This document shows positions 59,465 through 64,000 of a DNA stretch of 64,000 nt, piece after piece (position 1 is the first letter of the stretch; each line of letters opens with the position of its first letter). Made by a program: the position numbers and the translations under genes. This DNA comes from a virus. Its lineage: Duplodnaviria; Caudoviricetes. The notes under the pieces were generated by a model. It was not told the origin of the DNA and did not search any database. It saw nothing but the letters and a program-made list of their open reading frames with translations. The DNA lies in IMG/VR virus record IMGVR_UViG_3300029288_000095, positions 1 to 64,000 of that record, one strand, 5' to 3'.

Positions 59465-60512
59465 TCATTTCTTACCAACCTTGCGCGGCTTGCGCTTTGG
59501 TTTTATAACCATAAGTATCTTATGGCAGTCGCATTCACATAGCCACTGTGCTAAAGGTACTTGATTGATAACTCTGCCCTTTTTATGACCGCACTCTAAA
59601 CATTTTGACATCAGCATTCACCATTTCACCTTAGACTTACGTTTAAGCGGCTTGCGCTTGGGTTTCCAATTTGTACATACAACATAATCATATAGGCATC
59701 TTTCTGGAATACCGTTTTTTGTTTCAGAAATGCACTTTGTGTTCCCAGCATCGCAAGCATCGCATACATACTTTTTATATTTCATTCTGCATCCACCTTC
59801 ACCGCTGACGGTACTGCAGCGCGTTTCAAGTGTTGTTTACAAAATAATTCACCGGTAACAGGTTTTCGTGAACATTGCTTAAATAACAACCCTGACGGTA
59901 TTTCCATCGCGCATTTATTTTCTTGATACGCACGTCCATTCGGCATACCTGGCCATGATCCGTACCTATAAAGTCGCGCTTCATCTTTTGTTTTCGGTAG
60001 ATTTATCATATACATCACTCCTTATCGTTAGCTGACGGGGCGGTAGTGCGCTCAACGCTGTTGTTTGGAAGTTCAAAAAATGGCGTTTTGTCTTTTTTAT
60101 CAGTGAAAGCCTTCCCATTGCAACTACAGCACCCGTAAGTATTACCTGAATATAAATAAACCACATCTCCTTTTTTATAATCCCTTTGTAGCCAAGAGCA
60201 TTCGCTTTTCAATACATCCCGTATCAATATATATTTATTTTCCATACATCACTCATTATCGTTAGCTGACGTGGCGTCAGTGCTCTTCAAGTGTTTTTCT
60301 ATTGCGCGTATACACGCTTTTACTTTTGGTATGTCAGATATTAGCAATTCAATTGTACCGCCATTGCCATGACCTGCATTTGGGTATAAGTACATTTCTG
60401 AATCTGTAGATATATAAACTGATTCCCTGCGTATTTCAGCCGAAAAACTCCCCATAGATTTAGTTTGATTCAAACATAGCCCCATACATCACTCCTTTGC
60501 GGCTTCGGCGTT
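59465..60512 (-). repeat. Repeated coding junctions at 3' ends of small genes (same family as 38131-38840)
   Basis: Copies near 59465, 59618, 59782, 60010, 60243 and 60483. Confidence 0.8.
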
Positions 60513-61983
60513 AATCTTTATCATTGCCTCACATAATTTTGTGCCGATACAAGGCGATTTGTAACCACACATTTTACATATTTCAACAGACGCAACTATA
60601 AGCATGTTAAGCTTAACCTTCCGGAGTGCGGCGGCGTGGTCGGATTTAAGTTTTGCAATTTCTTTCTTCATCTGCTCGTTGTTATACTTTAATTGGCAAG
60701 CGGTTGCATGATATTTATTACGTTCAAGACTTATTTCAGTGATTTTATTTTCAAGTTTTTCAATCATTTTCATTAGTTTTTATCCTCCTGTTCCTGTGCT
60801 ATTTATACACGATTTTTTTAATTCAGTGCTCATAGTGAACCGCTGGAGATACGTACACGTTTCCGCGCATTTATCCACTTTCGTTTTTGAATAAACGCCC
60901 CATCCAGCATCGCAGTATTTACATGGCAATATTCCAAGTTCAAGCGCACCTTCCGGATTCAGAGGTACAATTTTTACATTTTCGCTCATTTGTTTGATCC
61001 CAACAGAACTTCACCGCCAGGTCCAGTTTTTGTTCTCATTTTTAAACTTTCTGTATGATGCAATGGTATAGTCATAAAATTGAATTCTAATTGTTTTTCA
61101 AGCGTGTAGATAGTCTGGTTATCGCATTTCTCTTCGCGGATTATATGACCGTCATGCCGCAATTTTTTTATTATCTGCGACATCTTTTCAGATACTTCGC
61201 CGCAGACATGGATCGGATTATTCTGAAGCGTAAAAAGCACATTCACTTCATCAATTTCAAGCGCATGATCCGTATAAAAATCTTCATCATGCTCAATATA
61301 CTCTTCGCCCATGATCTGCTTACAAAGCTTAACGACTTCGCCAAGTGTATAGTTTTCAAGATTAGCATATTCATCTAGTATATGAATCGCGACTGATTTA
61401 CGTCCAGCGTAATAATTTTCATTCTTTTCCATCAGTCTTAACCTCGGTTTTTATTTTTATTTGATGCGCCTTCTCGAAGCACGGGCGGCATAAAACTCCA
61501 ATAAAAGGTACATCCTTTTTCGTATTGTTACACCACAGCCCGAATTGATGGCATTTTATATTTTTTTCTTTTTTATTTACTTCCATTCAAAGTCCCTTGA
61601 AAGTTCTTCGGCTGTAAAACCAGTTGACGGGTCATTCATATCTATATCCTTACTACTTTGATATTTAAGAAAATAAATTATACCGCGTGTAAGCCAATCT
61701 GAATATGCTTCTACCATTACCCATGTAACTGCTCCACGCTTCTTAAACCATTTTTTAAGAATTTCTCCGTGTGACAATATTTTATAATCTGGTGCAACCC
61801 TATATTCATAGTCGTTTCTCAAACATAGTTTAACTACATCAATCCACTTATCATCAGACCCTTTTCTACGGCTTTGTATCCTTGTACCTTCACCAAATTT
61901 TTTTGCAATATATGATGCTGCTAATGCCATATCCCTTGACATACAATATAGTTCCATAATTAACCACCTATTAGAAATAATAA

Positions 61984-62158
61984 CCCCAGATTTTCATACT
62001 GAGGCGCTATGCGCGGTGGAATTCGTAGCCGCGACGACTTAGGCGATTTCATCCTAGGATTAGCCTAATCTTTTGGTCCGCAGGATTGTATCAAGCAGAC
62101 CGTGCGCCACCCAAGGGGTTGAGCCTTGCGAACACTTTGTTCGGAACCGTCGGTGGCA
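61984..62158 (-). ncRNA. Unassigned GC-rich structured RNA
   Basis: GCCACC/GGTGGC, CGAAC/GTTCG, CAAGG/CCTTG, TTAGGC/GCCTAA, CGCGG/CCGCG helices in an ORF-free gap. Confidence 0.5.
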
Positions 62159-62166
62159 ATATAAAC

Positions 62167-62381
62167 TCTGGCTATGCGGGTAATCCCGCTATTCTTTCGC
62201 GCTTGTTTCGTGATTGAGGTCCGTAAGCAATAATTTGCAAACTTAATACATCTATGCCATTATTAATTATTTATATATGGATTAAAATGTACTTACCACT
62301 AACTCCCGCCATAGACTACGGCAGACGGCTGACCAACCGAACCTTTATTGCCTGTGTTTCAAAACAACACCGATAGCCAGA
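62167..62381 (-). ncRNA. Unassigned RNA (about 215 nt) with 9-bp terminal helix
   Basis: TCTGGCTAT/ATAGCCAGA; GCGGG-ATTA-CCCGC next to the 3' strand; boxA variant at 62384-62395. Confidence 0.6.
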
Positions 62382-62405
62382 TTTTTTCAAAGATCAAAAA
62401 GAAAA

Positions 62406-62581
62406 TCTTGTGGGTAGGTCGTTAATCCTACTATGCGCACATGCCACCACATTTCTGTGATAATACCTGTTATTATCGCCCAGTACCTTTACGGCATATG
62501 ATACTACTTAGCTGGAACGAATCTGCGCATGATACAGTTTACTTTCAAATCTGCGTGTCTACTTTCCACGCCGCCACAAGA
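62406..62581 (-). ncRNA. tRNA-shaped RNA, copy 2 (176 nt)
   Basis: 8-bp terminal helix; GCGTG-GAAAGTAGA-CACGC arm; GTAGG-ATTAACGA-CCTAC arm; boxA at 62582-62593. Confidence 0.7.
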
Positions 62582-62600
62582 CTTTCAAAGAACATAAAAA

Positions 62601-62735
62601 AGCTGTACGGCAAATCGTTACTTTTGCTAGGCTGTTTCCACCTTCTACGGATACTATGTATCAGCCGGTTCGGGGTGTGCAAGCCAAGTCCGATCCCATC
62701 TTTGCGTGTCTACGTTTTCCACGCCGCGTACAGCT
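62601..62735 (-). ncRNA. tRNA-shaped RNA, copy 1 (135 nt)
   Basis: 9-bp terminal helix; GCGTG-GAAAACGTAGA-CACGC arm; GCAAA-AGTAACGA-TTTGC arm; boxA at 62734-62745. Confidence 0.7.
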
Positions 62736-62753
62736 TTCAAAGAACTGTTATAC

Positions 62754-62781
62754 ATTGTACATCAAAATATAAAAATGTCAA
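62754..62781 (-). promoter_or_regulatory. sigma70-like promoter of ncRNA operon 2
   Basis: TTGACA-N16-TACAAT on the minus strand. Confidence 0.75.
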
Positions 62782-62849
62782 GACCGAAAATGCATAAAAA
62801 AAGTTGATATTTCGGCAAAGAATAGAACATCAAACAGGGCAATAGAACC

Positions 62850-63692
62850 ATGCTTTTATCCTTTCGAGATGAGATTAATATGCAAAAAAAAGCCGACACT
62901 TCGCCGACTATATATAAAGTAAAAACGCCGTCTGGCAAATGGAAGATTCTTGACAACGCCGAAATGATGTTTAACGGCGTTGGGAAAGTTACCGACCCCG
63001 ATACGAATAAGATCTTTGATCCGAAGGAATATGTTCCGATCAGCTCGCGGGATTTTGCTATTCAGCCGCCAAAGCGCCAGAAAAAAGCCGAAGAAATGTC
63101 CACTGTAGAAATTGATCAGATCGGTTTCCGCGATACGGACGAACGCCCAGCGGGTAAACGCCGGCGAAAGAAAACGCGCAATATGTACACCCAGGAAGAA
63201 GGCGTGGATGACGTGACCTATGAAGGCACTGGCGGCAAGCGCAATCAGTTCAAAAACGTATTGAATAAAGATGATATTTCGGAAGTGTCTATTAACGGTT
63301 TGCCGCTTGTGAACTTTCCGACTTCGGATATCGTTCTTTCCATGCTTGATAGAAAGGCATTTCCGCGGTTTGAGGTTAAAGGAACAACAATAGATATAGA
63401 ACTTGAAAAAGTTCCAGAAGAAAATCGGCGGCAGTTTCTTAAAGATTTTATCGACAATAAAATATCAATCGGCGGTGTTCAGTATAAAGATATGGATGTC
63501 TTGGATAAGAAATCGATCCATGATCTTTATATGAAGTTCAAAATGCGCCCCGTGAAAAAGGTAAGCAAGATAAAAACGAAGCGGAAGACTTCGATGCTTC
63601 CAGAAGAAAAGCCTGACGAGCAGAAGGACAAAGAAGAACAATACGACTACCCGATGCTGCACGATCAGATGAATATGATGCAAGAACGCTAA
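62850..63692 (+). CDS. Hypothetical protein (KKAD/KKAE linkers)
   Basis: 280-aa ORF; start may be the ATG at 62880. Confidence 0.5.
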   Translation: MLLSFRDEINMQKKADTSPTIYKVKTPSGKWKILDNAEMMFNGVGKVTDPDTNKIFDPKEYVPISSRDFAIQPPKRQKKAEEMSTVEIDQIGFRDTDERPAGKRRRKKTRNMYTQEEGVDDVTYEGTGGKRNQFKNVLNKDDISEVSINGLPLVNFPTSDIVLSMLDRKAFPRFEVKGTTIDIELEKVPEENRRQFLKDFIDNKISIGGVQYKDMDVLDKKSIHDLYMKFKMRPVKKVSKIKTKRKTSMLPEEKPDEQKDKEEQYDYPMLHDQMNMMQER

Positions 63693-64000
63693 AAAGTTGA
63701 TATTAAGGAAGTAATACATGGAACAAGACAAAGAGCAAATCATTTATAATAAAGGCATTCTTACATCGACGCTCGGCGCGGTTGTAGCAAATATTGAAAA
63801 AATTAAAAGCGAAATCTTTTTCCTTTATGACGAAACGCTTCCGGATGATGAAACTAAGAATGACCTTGATATGGTTTTGATAAAGCTCGCTGAAGCGCAA
63901 GAGGAAATTCTTACTATTGTAAAAAAGAATAGCGCGGATTCTGATTCATACATGTCATACATGTGAGTTAAAAACAAATGAAAAACGAACAACCAACACT

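Noticed and set aside
57829-62381. Hammerhead, RNase P, SRP or c-di-GMP riboswitch identity for the orphan RNAs
   Set aside because: I could not find their diagnostic cores by eye; an Rfam search is still needed to exclude them formally.
57829-62781. CRISPR array suggested by the recurring TTTCAAAGAAC motif
   Set aside because: The repeat is only about 12 bp, spacing is 150-250 bp and irregular, the intervening units are self-folding, and no cas genes are seen.
62441-62797. 118-aa ORF on + strand (and 55947-56153 on -)
   Set aside because: No SD and atypical composition; they lie across structured RNA units and promoters.
1-64000. Stop-codon reassignment
   Set aside because: Recognisable genes are full length in code 11, TAA/TAG/TGA all end genes at sensible junctions, and no suppressor tRNA is seen.

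Overview
AT-rich 64-kb segment of a large (jumbo-type) dsDNA bacteriophage genome, read with the standard bacterial code. I recognise no capsid, terminase or polymerase gene in the window. It has four kinds of region. (1) Long runs of small hypothetical ORFs behind sigma70-like TTGACW-N16/17-TAYAWT promoters. (2) A translation/RNA-maintenance set: 4 tRNAs lacking encoded CCA, a CCA-adding enzyme, Pth2, a small-alarmone-hydrolase-like HD protein, an L7/L12-like domain and several nucleotidyltransferases. (3) A beta clamp, an N6-MTase, a thermonuclease, a YkuD-like lysin and an RfbH/ColD-like + Fcl/ColC-like sugar pair. (4) Large acidic multi-domain proteins punctuated by a recurring x-x-A-[S/E/A/G] motif. 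The most striking content is non-coding. A 121-nt minimal tmRNA (Ala acceptor, pk1, apparent 4-codon tag AYEK with no degron) lies in the tRNA cluster. Two dedicated minus-strand operons carry about seven unassigned structured RNAs, six of them directly preceded by an rRNA-type boxA (GTTCTTTGAAAA); these include a 6S-like rod and two related tRNA-shaped RNAs. All RNA structures and protein families were assigned by eye and need computational confirmation.
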